64,000 nucleotides of DNA, from contig NC_087436.1 of assembly GCF_036321535.1 (NCBI RefSeq), positions 46,192,001 through 46,256,000 on the forward strand. The letters run 5' to 3'. The notes under the pieces are model-generated. The model searched no databases, was not told the origin of the DNA, and worked only from the letters and a program-made list of their open reading frames with translations. Made by a program: the position numbers and the translations under genes. Below, piece by piece: positions 38,579-51,479 of this stretch (position 1 is the first letter of the stretch; the number at the start of each line of letters is the position of its first letter). This stretch comes from Camelus dromedarius (taxonomy: Eukaryota).

Positions 38579-39258
38579 GTTTCAACCATAGAGAGACAAC
38601 TACTTCAATAAATGCTAATCAACCTGTCTAGAAAATCTCATTTAGTCTGGATCATCAGGATAGAATTCATAGTATAAGAATAAAGTAAGCAGAGCTACAG
38701 TGCCCATTCAAATAGACTTCTTTTATCACCTCCCTGACCACACACCTCATGTCATGTAAAAAGAACCACTGTCTTCCTGCAGTTGTCTTTCCTGGATTTC
38801 TCTGTGAAATTTTGCCCTCTTTGATATATAATATCACACTCCACAAACAAGAATGTGGTGCAGCTTGAGACTGGCTTAAGCTGAACTGGTGGTCACTAAA
38901 GTCTTATGTGTAAAATGAGGAAGTTGAATGAAATAATAGCTAAATCTTGGAACGTCTACATTGTACAATTCCAAGAGGTATCGATTAGTTTTTCACATAT
39001 CATGAGACTGGATTATGAGTGGTTTTTGAAGACTACAGGGTAATCAATTTGTAATAACAGTAGTTATATTGAATAACTCTCACTGACCATGAGTAATTTT
39101 ACTGATTAATGTTTAATTTTTATCAACATTTTTGAGTTTGTATTTTTGGTAGTAGAAATATATTTCTGTGTTATCTAACCTCAATTTCTTCTCTATGCCA
39201 CTGATTTAAGTAGTCTGTTTGAATGTACTTTTTCTATCTTTAAATTTTTTTTAATTAG

Positions 39259-39354
39259 TGCTTTTGAAATAGAACCTTTGGATTGGCATACTGAGTTTGG
39301 TGAAGATGCTCCCCTTTTTGACAATTTAAACAGCCTGTGTTTGGCATATCTCTG
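39259..39354 (+). CDS. Candidate internal coding exon (96 nt, phase 2/2) of an unidentified gene; peptide xAFEIEPLDWHTEFGEDAPLFDNLNSLCLAYLx
   Basis: Long T-rich tract ending ttaattag (AG at 39257-39258), donor CTG|GTAAAT (GT at 39355-39356), length a multiple of 3, one open frame, unique sequence richer in GC than its flanks. I do not recognise the protein. Confidence 0.3.
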
Positions 39355-39616
39355 GTAAATTTTATAGCCTCTTCTAGGCACTTAAACAATGTTAAATACA
39401 CATGTAATTAAGACTGAGAAATTTTTGATTAGATGCCGTAACTGTTGATTGTCCTGAGGCAAGAAAGATAAATCATTGAAAATGTTATAAATAACACCAT
39501 TTATGGTGCAATAATGTATTTTAGTACAGTATTATATCATTGAAAAAGGAACTTAGAAATGCTGTTGTGTATATATCAAACCTAAGGTAAGGACTTTCAC
39601 CTTAATAGTAAAAATA

Positions 39617-40272
39617 CAGTAGATCCTTATTATTTATAGATTCTGTATTTGCATTTCACCTACTTGCAAAAATTTATTTGTAACCTTCAAATCAATACTG
39701 TGGCACTTTTGCAGTTTTACACAGACATGCACAGAGTGATGAAAAATTTGAGTCGCCCAGCACTCACATTACCAGCTGAAGTCCAGTAAGGTGATACTTG
39801 GCCTTCTTGGTTCTGCTCTTAAACAGCAAAAGGTTTTCTTTTGCAGTTTATTTAGAGCCACATTTTTGTTTGTTTGTCTGTATTTTTGTGCTTTTCGTTG
39901 GTTGTTTCACTGTTTGATATGGCCCCCAAAGTATAGTGCTGAAGTGCTGTCTAGTGTTCCTCAGCATAAGAAGGCTATGATTTGCCCTATGGAGAAATTA
40001 TTGTAGTCTAGCTTTACTTAGTCTTGAGTAATAGTTTTGTTGCCCATGTGTTTGACATTAATGAATCAGAAATATCTATTAAATAAGATACCTTTAAACA
40101 GAAACACTCATAAAACAAGGTTATGTATTGAATAGTTCATGAAAATGATGTGCATCAGAGGCTCACAGGAACCTAACTTTGTATTTCCCTTAAGAGCAAC
40201 GCTTCAGAATTTGCTAATGTAATGTTTGTGGAGACTTTATCAAACTTAACTACTGAAAATGACAATAGACTA
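39617..40272 (+). mobile_element. MER82-like TcMar-Tigger non-autonomous DNA transposon, full length (~656 bp)
   Basis: Begins TA|cagtagatccttattatttatagattctgtatttgc..., contains aaaaatttgagtcgccc and gtatagtgctgaagtgctgtctagtgttcc, and ends ...atagacta|TA, consistent with a TA target-site duplication. Confidence 0.9.
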
Positions 40273-41009
40273 TAGTCAGAGTCACAATAAAATGGCTCAA
40301 AAATAATTAGGAAGATTTTTTCAAATGTAGCTACTTTAAAATCAATTTTTCTTAGGGGAAGGGGGCAACCCCACAATTTAAAGTGATTGTATATTTTTGC
40401 CAGATGCTTCTCCTGGGATTTTCCTTAAGACGTATGTATTACTCTTATATAATTTTATTCATTCTCACTTTCAAATTTTACTACTTCTTTAGACCTATAC
40501 TGTAAATTACTGTATAATTATACAAAAATGACATTTTAGTTAGTTATGCAGGTAGGCTTTTAAAAAGGGATTTTGTTTAAAGAATGATGCAGGTAACCCC
40601 AAGATAGGCTATTCATAAACAAAGAGAAAGAAAATCTTCTTTACATCCTACTCAGCTACTGAACTCTCAGGAATTCCAATGCTACAAATTCTGGTGGACC
40701 CTGCACATAAAAGGATCATGGTCCTAGTATATTTGGTCTCTGGTTAAGAAAGGGATCCATAGAATGCTATAGCAAGTTTTCACATTATAGGAAAAGCCTT
40801 GGTAAAACTCAATTCCACCTGCTCTGATGGCCTAAGAAACAAGGGAAGTCCTGAGCTTTTTCTTGGAATTGTTAGGAGATGAGGCTTGATTAATACTGAA
40901 CACATTAGTTTAGTATATTAGGTAGGGATTGAGTGGTGCTTTTCATGAATCTCTGCTATTTTTCTATGGGCAAGTTAATATTAAATATTTATTTTACTGA
41001 AAACTGTTC

Positions 41010-41328
41010 TGTTAAATTAATTAAAACAAAGTGGCTCTGATGCTGTGGGCTGCTTACCTAAGCAAACCAAAGTCTAAGCCCGTGAATACCTCAAGGTTAC
41101 GAAGTCAAAGCCTAAGGACAACCGATCACAAATAACCAAGTAGACTTTAAGCTGTAGTCGGTCAGTAATTTCCTTGCTTCACTTCTACCTTTTCTCTGTA
41201 AGGCTCTCAATAAGGGTCCTGTTTTACGCACTAACCTAACCTAACCACTTCCAGTTTGGCTCAATTAGAATTGATTTTTGCTCAAATAAACTTAAAAATT
41301 TTAATATGCCTCAGTTTATCTTTTAACA
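41010..41328 (+). mobile_element. Solo ERV1 LTR (MER41/MER57-like)
   Basis: TGTTAAA...TTTAACA inverted ends, polyA signal in gctcaAATAAAc, U5 aattttaatatgcctcagtttatcttttaaca, 4-bp TSD gttc/attc. Confidence 0.85.
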
Positions 41329-41417
41329 ATTCTTTGTGGACTATTTTAGAAGTAGTTGTCAGACACCTACTGATGTGGTCATATGATTGGAGAATCCAAC
41401 CTTCCTGAGAGCTGACT

Positions 41418-41603
41418 GCTGTTTTCCTCAAAGTGTGGTTCCAAGATCACCTGCATCTTGATTAGCTGGGGGGTTATAGAGTTTGCAGATTTCCTAGGGA
41501 CTCAATCTAAATTGATTTTATTAGATTTTCTGAGAATATTGCCCATGTATCTGTATTTTTAAAAAAAACCATGCTGGGTATACTACAGTTTGAGAGAATC
41601 ACT
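41418..41603. mobile_element. MER5-like hAT-Charlie MITE
   Basis: ctcaaagtgtggttcc...cacctgcatc...tgcagatttcc...atctgtatttttaa...agtttgaga...cact. Confidence 0.7.
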
Positions 41604-42443
41604 CTCCTACTGAGTTGGTGAAAAACCAGAATTACTATCATATTTTAGTCAAGTAATTTACATTCTTTGCCTGAAGTAGATTTTTTTTTTAATCTCTAAA
41701 GAGTACAAATATAGCCCAAATTAGGTAAACCTAATACGTGAAAATAAAGATAAACTCTAGGATGATATGTTAAATTAAGGTGACTAATATTCAAACATAT
41801 ATGCCAAACTTAGAAATGTGAAGTCTTGTCTCTTTAAGTGCAGTCACTCAAGGTACCTCCATATATGGTCTTCCACATGTCCTTCCGCACATATTTTAGT
41901 GGGCAATGCCAGTGACTTTTTTTTTTAATATTTCAGAGTTTCTCAGAACCTGATTGATAACTCCCCTACACCAGTTGGATTTCTTATCCCTCCTCGTCCT
42001 TCTCTTTCTTTCTTTTTAAATACAAATCCATCAGGCTCATCACTGTTATCACAAGTCCTGGCTCAGAATAACTGTGAATATTACTAAAAGTCATTAGCAC
42101 TCTTAAAGGATAAGAAAAAACTTGAAGACATCAAAAATATTAAAAATTCCCAAACAGGAGTTTAGAATATGTTTAGAATAATGAAGTGAATATCAATATA
42201 ACACCTTAAGATTTTTACTTGGAAGAGGACAATATAAATTCTGAGATGTATATTTCAAACTTAATAGCTATAGATGTACTTCCTAGGTATGTAACCTGTA
42301 TATCCTTATTTATACAAACTTCTTACACTCAGCACTAGTCACAAACTAGTTGGTATCCTACACCTGGCTGTAAAAGACATTATTTAGTAATAAATATGGA
42401 GGACTACATCATGTCATACCTTTACTGAGGCCCTACTAGATGC

Positions 42444-42483
42444 AAGACGATAGGCTGATGAGTAAGACGATAGGCTGATGAAT
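42444..42483. repeat. 20-bp tandem duplication inside an L2 remnant
   Basis: aagacgataggctgatgagt / aagacgataggctgatgaat. Confidence 0.9.
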
Positions 42484-43902
42484 AAATACAACAGATAAGA
42501 CACAGTTTCCTGTGCTCTGAGGAGTTTTGAGTCTGCTAAGGTGCTTACAGTGTTATAGGAAGAGAATCATCATTTTCACCCAAATAAAGATATAATTTAA
42601 TTTCCTCATTAATTAAGATCGAGCTGGAGGTGGGAGAGACGTGCCCTACACCCTTTCTCTCAGAACTCTTTTCTGCCTTGGTTCTGGGTGCTGCTAACTG
42701 TTAAAAACGCTCATCAACCAATTTCCCCCTACTCCAAAACTGTGGAGATTTAGGGTTTTAAAGTCAGTGTTTAGGACACAGAATCACTTTTAGTGCAGTT
42801 CTGTTGGTGAATCTGGAATGTAATAATAATGTCTGACATTTTCATGTAAAAATGTACCCTAAATTTCTAAGGGCAGTTTAAGAATAAGATTGAAGACTAT
42901 CTGGTTGTGAGACTGTCTGGTTGATGTATTAGAATAAAAATTATTTTGGGTAAGGTCTGCTATGGTGGCCTGATTAATAGGCTGATACAGATTAGAAATA
43001 TGCAAATATCTATAATAATATAACGTTTACATTTTTATTTCTGTAGATGACATAAAATTAAAAATTACAGCATGAGGAGATTTAGCCTGGGAATAAAGAA
43101 GCATTTCTTGATAATGTGTGGACCTAAAGCACCTTTAAGAAAAGATACTGAAGTATCACTCCAAGAATTAATCCTTGGTCTATTTGAGTTGGTTTATGTA
43201 TATCAACTGAATCAAGAGGATTAGGTTCTGTGGTACCATTTAGGCCTCTGAATACAACCTGCATGTGCCCACATGCTCATATACATGCAACCACTCACTT
43301 TTAAATTAGTTTATTAGTGTTAATCATTTTTATTTAATTAATTAAACTAATCATATTTCTTTCCAGGTCTATGCAAGACAGAGTTATTGAAATAATAAAT
43401 TAGATTTGTAGAGAGTGTTTAGTCAGGGAGTTATTTAAAACAATGCAAAACAGAAAGCAACAATGCAGCTTTTCCATTCAGCAATGTAGATTTACTTCAT
43501 CCTGAGCCCAGGACTGACAGTCTCCTTTGGGAATAGGTCTGGTTTATAGCTGCAAAGACAATATAACCTTTTAAAACTCTCTTGGGTCACTGAAGAAATA
43601 GTTGACTAGGTGTGTGAATAAGGCTTCTAAATTGTACATTTAGCATTAACGTAAAGGGAGTGGAATTTATAAGTTATCATATTAAAATGTTTTTCTTTGT
43701 AGTAATTGTTAAATTGATTGTTAAATAGCTTAATATTAATTATTGAGAAATAAATTCTTATAAATACTTAGTAGAGGCCCAAAGCTTATAAAGTTGAGTT
43801 TTTAGTTTATCAAGGTTCTCTGAAAATCAGCTTTTTAAAAATATAATTGTTTCAAGTTTTGAGAAGTATTAGAATTGAGGTTAAAGAATAAAGAATTATT
43901 TA

Positions 43903-44410
43903 GGCTGGAGAGGCTGTGGAGAAAAAGGAACCTTCTGTACTGCTGGTGGGAATGTAAATTGGTACAACCACTATGGAGGACACTATGGAGGTTTCTTAAA
44001 AAACTGAAAGAAGACTAACTCTATGATCCAGCAATCCCATATCTAGAGAAAACTATAGTTCAAATAGATACATGCACCCCAATATTCATAGCAGCACTAT
44101 TTACAATAGCCAAGACATGAAAGTAACATAAATGTCCGTCAACCAATGAATGGAAAAAGGAGATGTGGTGTGTAAGTGTGTTGTGTGTGTGTGTGTGTTT
44201 GTGTGTGTAATGGAATATTACTCATCCATAAAAAGAATGAAATAATGCCATCAGCAGCAACATGGATGGACCTAGAGATTATCATATTAAGTGAAGTAAG
44301 TCAGACAGAGAAAGACAAATATCATATATCACTTATGTGTGGAATCTAAAAAAAATATGATACAAATTCTATTTACAAATGAAAAACAGATTCACAGACG
44401 CAGATGAAAA
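43903..44410 (+). mobile_element. L1 ORF2 C-terminus and 3' UTR fragment, with internal (TG)n at ~44168-44208
   Basis: ggctgtggagaaaaaggaacc...tgctggtgggaatgtaaattggtacaaccactatgg...gcagcaacatggatggacctagagattatcatattaagtgaagtaagtcagacagagaaagacaaatatc. Confidence 0.95.
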
Positions 44411-46797
44411 ACCTTTAAGACAGGCTTTGTATCCAGTTGAGTTGCTTTTGTTCAAAAAAATCTGTTTTGTAGAGTTACTTCTGAATATCTCATCAGTTGA
44501 GATAAGCCACAAATACCTAAAGTAAACTAACTAGATGTGAACTAAATGTCTGCCTAATCTCAAGGAATCTTCAGGTTCAGAAATATAGGCTCACTGAAGA
44601 GCAAAATCAGTTCATCTTTAAAATAAAATGTAATGAACCAATAAAAGAACTACAGTTCATGTTGCTGACATCACACTAAATGTCTTCCAGAAAACAGAGA
44701 TTCTTCTCACAGTATGATTTTGATGAATTTTTCCCTTATAGAATATACAGAGACTCAATTGATTGAGAACTCAAAACAATTGGTGGCTATGATATGGGTC
44801 TGTTGCCTTTATTAGATTAGAAGTAAGGCTACAAATGACATATGGTACCTTCTAGTCTGCTTTCTAATTAAAAAACAAATAATATATATATATTTTCCAT
44901 TGCATTAGTGAGCACAGTACAAATAAACATGACTTGTTTTTCAGGAGATTATAAAAGTCTAGAAATGAACATACAAACATTTTGATTTTAACACAACTTT
45001 TTCAAAACAGAGTATCAAAAGAAGTTGATTTATTAGAAGCTAAATTGACATTTTATAATTTTATGTCATATAGAAGGAAATCTGAAGAAAAAACTAAAAT
45101 TATAGCTATAGCATGGACATCAAGGAATTATTGGCCTTTTCCTTCAGGCTGAGCTAAACTAAACTCTCCAAGTCCTAGGAGGCTGCTTATATTAAGATGT
45201 TCGAGGAGTCTCTCAAGCTCATTGAGAATGACAGACAGGAATTGGTGAAAATAAAGACGTAGTATAGGAGAGGTAAAAAGAGTAATTAAAAACTCATACC
45301 CAGCTTTATGTTTCCTTTTTGGGGGGATGGCACAGAGAGTTGTGGTGCGGGAGGTTAAAGGGCGGAAGGAGAATAGAAGGAAGAGGCAGGTAGCATGGAA
45401 TGGATAGTAAGGTTAAAAACTAGTAATTAAAAGACTTAAATGATTTGTTCCTAGTCTTTCTTTTACCTTAAAAAAAAACCCAAACATAAAACCTCATCCT
45501 CTGTGTGACCAACTGCCTCAAGATACAGGCTTCTGAGAAGTGAGAAACAGTAGATAGTACATTAGGCTAGAAATAAAAGAACCCAGAAATCTAATCATAT
45601 GTCAGTCAGAGTCTTCTGTGGCCTCAATTTTATCACCTGTAAAACAACACACTTGTAGATTATCTGTACAGTGCCTTCTAGTTCTATCTCATTGTGATTT
45701 GAAACTCTATAAATAAACTAGACTGGCTTATTTGCTTTTTTACTTGAAGGATTCCAACTAGACAACTTGCCAAGGAAAAGTTTATATTATCTCACTCATA
45801 TAAGTTTAGGTTTGTTTGCCCCTGACTAATTTCTAGAATTTATAACTGATTAGTCAGATTTCACCTATGACTAGGTTGACATTGTTGAGATCCATAGATT
45901 ACAGAAGTCTAGTTGGGCATCTAGAGTCTTATATTCTAGCTATGAACATAGTAGGTAGAGAATATTATAAAGGAGGAAGAATAATCATTTTGGTTTTAAA
46001 TCCAGATCTATTTTAGATTTAAATTGTAGAGATCAATATAATCTCACTAGATTAAAAACTCTTGTGAAAATGTTGATAATTTGGTGATTTTTTTTCCTGG
46101 GTAAATCTGGTGCTTACATATTCAGAATATGTGTTTAAAGAGTAATTTTTTTTTAAAGTGAAGGTGAAAATTAGTGATATATGTTTTAGGTTCAAACCAG
46201 TAAAAGTTGAAAAGTATTTCAGAGAGTAAGAATATGTACCCAACATTTTCCTGAAGTTAAGAGACTTACGTGGTTTCTAGCCTAAGAGCTGAGAGAATAC
46301 AGACTGTGTAACTTGAACAAAGACATGGCAGAATGATGAATTATATCAAAATCTGAAATGGGTGGAGGCAAAATTTAGACAGAGGCTGGATTGTCCTGGG
46401 TTTGGATAAAGTTTGGAACCTTCATGGGGCTTCCCTTATTTGGCTGTCATAGAGAGTAAGTTTCGTTCAAAAGCCAAAAAAACCAAAAAAACAAAAACCA
46501 AAGGCAATTGATTCTGCAGAACTTTCATATTTAGTAACACTTTCCACTATAGTACAATAAATCACGTCTCCTAATCTACACAGTATTATGGAGCCTCCAA
46601 ATCACATCTTGTCAAACAGAACGACCTACATTACAGGATTTATCCTAAAGATGAGTGTCGTTTTCATCATTATTGGCAACTGAGAAATGATTTTACCGCA
46701 CCACTTTTACTTAAGCTATGGCACTTCTGTCAGTTATCTATATGAGTAAGCCAAGTTTGGGAAAAACACATATCTCCAAAAAGAGGAGATGAAGATG

Positions 46798-47112
46798 ATG
46801 TAGAGCAGTGCCTAAGAGCTCAAGCTCTGGAGTACAAAGCTGGCTCCACCACTTGCTGGCTCTGGGAATGTGGACAGATCACACGTGACTTTAACATGAC
46901 TAACCTTCTGGCTTGTCACATCCTACCCATAGCCAAGGTGACATCCTTGAGACCATTGCATTACACATTTCAAAGCTTCAGTGTTTCTATCTGCTAAATT
47001 CATATATTAGTATCTTTCTTTTAAGGTGGTTTTTGAGGTTTAAGAATCTAATCCAAAAAAAGGTCTTACAAGTGTATCTAACACATTGTAAGTGCTTAAA
47101 AATATTAGTTAT
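46798..47112 (+). mobile_element. MIR SINE (interrupted)
   Basis: taagagctcaagctctggag...ctggctccaccacttgctgg...gcttcagtgtttctatctg...aagtgcttaaaaatattagttatt. Confidence 0.65.
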
Positions 47113-47409
47113 TACATTATTATATCTGTTGTATGTTTCAAAGAAATATTACATCAATGGTTACATAGTCAAAGGAACAAAGAGAATTAGCCTTAAAACA
47201 TGGCCAAAGAAAATCTAAATCTCATTTCAAAGAATGTAAAGAGGACTGATTGTTACAGTCATTTTATGTACAAACCACGCTAAATGTTCCTTTTTTTTTT
47301 TTTAAATCATGGTGGCAAAGTATAGCTAGGAAGCCCACTTCCAAGCACAAGAGAGAACTCCACATCAATTGTGATTATTTTGCTTGAAAGAAAATAGAGT
47401 TCTTTGTCA

Positions 47410-48003
47410 GTAAGCATCTTCTCATGCACTTAACTGTTTATGTATATAATGTCTTTGTAGAAATATCTATTCAAATTCTTTGCCCATTTAAAAAAATTTG
47501 ATTATCTTTTTATTGTTGAGATTTAAAGGTTCTTTATTGTGGATACAAATCTTTTATCAGATGCATGATTTTCCCTCCAACAACCAGAAACAACACCTAA
47601 CATTTCTCTGATTCTGTGGGTTGTCTTTTCATTTTCTAATGGTGTTCTTTGAGTCACAGGTTTGTTTTTATTTTTTTTAATGATGTCTAATTAATCTATA
47701 TTTTCTTTTGTCTTTTTTGCTTTTGATATTATATTAAAAATGTTGTCTAATCTAAGGTCATGAAGAATTGCTTTTTTTTCTTCTTCTATGAGTTTTATAG
47801 TTTTTAGTTCTTACATTTAGGTCTGTAAGCCATTTTGAATTATTTTTGGCATATAGTGGGAGGTAGAGGTTCATCTTCATTTTTTTGCATGTGGGCATCC
47901 AGTTGTTACAGCAACATTTATTGAAAAGACTGTCTTCTCTTTAAATGTCTTGTCATTAAATGGTCTTGGCACCCATGTCAAAAATCAGTTGACTATAAAT
48001 GTA
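47410..48003 (-). mobile_element. L1 (L1MB-like) ORF2 3' region fragment
   Basis: agcatcttctcatgcactt...ttcaaattctttgcccatt...ttctatgagttttatagttttag...catccagttgttacagcaacatttattgaaaagactgtc...aaaatcagttgac. Confidence 0.9.
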
Positions 48004-50328
48004 AGTCTCATACCCTTTTTAAAATCTAGACTTTATCTAATTTGTTCCAGTTAAATGGAAAACTGAGAGAGATTTTTCTTAAAGACGTTTCATAATAAAG
48101 CCTCCTTTCCTTTCATTCAGTTGATAAATCATTTCCATTGGCAGTTTCTTTGTTATTACTATACCAAAATTTTTATGTCTCAGCTGAAACTAATTTTTTG
48201 TTTCCATAAGTCAAATAATCTTTGTCTTCCTTGCAGTAAATGACTAAATTAATCTATTTAGATGTTTCTTATATTCAGAGGAAAAATACTAATTTGAATT
48301 GAAGTTGTTTGTGTCTAGCAAAAGACAGAATTTGAATTACACACCCATTATATTTCTAGTTCTATAATTCATTTGTTGGTAAACTAACTTGAAATTTCCA
48401 CAAGTATAATATTCATTTGAAGTAGTATAGTTTTTGTTAGTTTAAATTCTTGAATTTTTTCTTTACTGTAACCTTTCCATCTAGTGTATATTTCTTTTCT
48501 GGTTAATATTTTAGTTACATGTGCTATACCTTAACCTCACTCTACAAGTGCCAAAGCTTTTTTAATTGAATAATTAAATAGAAGGGTAAACTATTTGCTT
48601 GTAGTGAATTAGAGAATTAAGATGTTAAATTTTGTAAGAAATAAAAAAGAAAGAATAAACATTCCCCTCCAACAACCAGAAACAATAAGCACCTTAACAC
48701 TAAGATAAAAACCAGCAGATAGCTTTAGTAGTCAAAAAGGTAATACTGTATAACTGAAGAGACATATGGAGTAATTCTAATATTAACAAAACTTGAGAGA
48801 GGTTGAGAGAACTTTCATAGCTCTCAGAAGAACATTTATTTAAAAATCTAGTATAATTTCCAAAAGAGAAGTAAAACTTACATAAAGAAATTCTCCATTG
48901 CCCTTTCTATAAACCCCACACACTCAAATCGCAAATTTACTATTATTTCCCAGAATTTCCTTTTTATGAAATGTTATCTTATCTGGGTCCTGCACAAACT
49001 ATAAAACAAGCCACATCTATTTGATTCAGTTGCCAAAATTTTGGTATCACTTTTGCAGTCTGCCACCTTTTCCCTTCTTTGTCTGTTAGGCTTACTAAAA
49101 TCAGTGTCAGTTATAGACTCTATCTAACTTAACCTCTAATACTTTCATGTCATGACATGCTAAGGCTATTGGCAAAATTCCATCAGGTATTCAGATTTTG
49201 TGTGGATTTGGGAAAAGTGAAAATGGAATGTGAAGGTAAGTTAACTTTTTTCCTATTAGAAACATCAATCTGTGAAAAATCTAAATAAAAGAAAGTTTGC
49301 ATATTCCCCTGCCCTTTTGTTAGCAATATCTTGGAACTATTAGACTATATGGGATTTTATTCAACTAATTAAAATTCACTTCTCCAAACACCCTCGATGG
49401 ATTTGAAGAAGCTGATGATAAAAGTAAACTCAAGGACCTCATCAGCTAGAGCTAAATGGGCCCAGAAACCTAGGTCTCTAGTTTCTCATTTCAATCTTGA
49501 TTTTCTCTTCATGAGCTTGAGTTATCTCTTCCATCTGCATAATGGGTCTGGTAATGGCAACGGACTGACTTGAACATGTGTACGTTTCATGTTTGTACCT
49601 TGCTACATACAGTAGTGATTTTCATGAAAGTTGCAAGTTAAATTTTTATAAATAGAATAATTTAAAATATATCAGTGGAGTTTACCACTCAGAGATTACT
49701 ATTGTAAAACAAATCATCTTTTGTAAAGCTAACCACCTCTCAATTTATCTATTTAAGGTTATATTTTAGCTTTTAAAAAGATTAAATGTAGAGACCAAGT
49801 ATTTTTATAGTAAGTAGCTTGAAAAATAATATTTGGATTTATTAGTCTGGCAAAAGCTTTCTAAGATTTAATTGAAAATAATTTCAATGAAATATAACAT
49901 ATCGCCAAGTTGAGGGTTTCTTTTTTGAAACATTCATAACAGCAATGTAGTGAAACTAACAACATGATAAAAGTAGCAATAATTAGATATCTGCAGTCTG
50001 AAAAGTTACATTTTGTCATCTGAGTTAAATATTAGCTCATTGATAATTTGAACTTCATTGTCAGACTTTTCTATTTCTTAAGATCTCAGGAACCACAAAT
50101 AAAACATTTGCAGTAAAAATTAGATTTTTTAACTGAGAGATTAAATTAGTAAACCAAGAAAAACTACTAATTTTTAAAAAGAGTAATTTACCCTGTTGCT
50201 CTCAGAATTTACTTTTTAAAATTCCTGGTACATATTTTATTAGTTATTTTGGTTCAATGTAAGGGAAAATGTCTTAGGTTGGCAAAGTTTGTGTTTAGTA
50301 TTTTCCATTTCTCTTTGATATACCCAGT

Positions 50329-50914
50329 TATATTAGTTTCTTGGGGCTGCTGTAACAAAACACCACAGACTATGGGCTTAAAACAACAGAAATTTATTCT
50401 CTCCCAGTTCTTTAGCTGGAAGTCAGAAATCAAGATGTTGGCAAGGTCGTGCTCCCTTTGGAGCCTCTGGGTGGTGGTGGGGATCCTTCCTTGCCTTTTT
50501 CAGCTTTTGGTCCAGATGTTCCTTGGCATGTGGCAGCCTAACTCCAATCAATGCCTTTGTCTTTACGTGGATGACTTCCCTCTGTGTGTATCAGTGTCTC
50601 AAATTCTCTTCTTTTATTAGGATGGCGATCATGTTGGCCTAGAGCTCACTCTAATCCGGTATGACTTCATCTTTTTTTTTTTTTAACATTTTTTATTGAT
50701 TTATAATCATTTTACAATGTTGTGTCAAATTCCAGTGTTTGGCACAATTTTTCAGTTATTCATGGACATATACACACTCATTGCCAGTATGACTTCATCT
50801 TCATTTGATTATATTTGCAAAATACCCCATTTCCAAATAAGACTGCATTCACTGGTATCAGTGATGAGGGCTTGAACATCTTTTTTAGGGGGGGACACAA
50901 TTCAACTCAGAACA
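50329..50914 (-). mobile_element. MaLR LTR (MLT1C-like), interrupted by an L1 tail
   Basis: tattagtttcttggggctgctgtaacaaaacaccacagact...ggcttaaaacaacagaaatttattct...atttccaaataag...gggggacacaattcaactcagaaca. Confidence 0.9.
50674..50783 (-). mobile_element. Young, 110-bp 5'-truncated L1 3' end with 18-bp TSD
   Basis: Poly(T) followed by ttattgatttataatcattttacaatgttgtgtcaaattccagtgt...cagttat. TSD ccggtatgacttcatctt (50656-50673) / ccagtatgacttcatctt (50784-50801). Confidence 0.85.
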
Positions 50915-50999
50915 TCCAAATATTATCTTTAATTTCCTACACTCTTCCATGGAAGCCCATTCAGTTGTTTATTTTCTGTTCTCTTTGAATCTTGTTTGT

Positions 51000-51290
51000 T
51001 CCATCCATCCATCCATCCATCCATCCATCCAACAAATGAAACGAAATCTGCTGTGTGTCAGGCACTGTCATAGACACTGGGAATACAGGATAGAGTGATA
51101 TAAAGTCCCTACCCTCATGCACTTACATTCTATTAGGAGTTGACAGACAATAAAGACACTAAAAATATAAAACATTTTTCATAATAACTGTTACAAAGAT
51201 AAGTAAAGCATAGAAAGAGGATCAAGAGATATGGAGGTAGATAAGCATGGCACGTGTGTGGGAGCTACATTCCAGACAGCATGGTCAGGG
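51000..51290 (-). mobile_element. L2 3' end with expanded (TCCA)n tail at 51000-51031
   Basis: (tcca)n-acaaat...ctgtgtgtcaggcactgt...aaagtccctaccctcatgcacttacattcta. Confidence 0.85.
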
Positions 51291-51479
51291 CCAGTGCCAG
51301 CTATCTACTCTGATGAACAAATATATCTCAACCTGTTCCTGGTTGTCAATAACCCAATGTGTTGACTCACTCATGTAATATATTAAACAGATCTTCCTAG
51401 AAATAATTCCTTACAGTGGTCAAATATACATTTGATTTTAGAAGGTGGGAAAAATGGCTTTGAGGAGTGTCTCTTGCTG

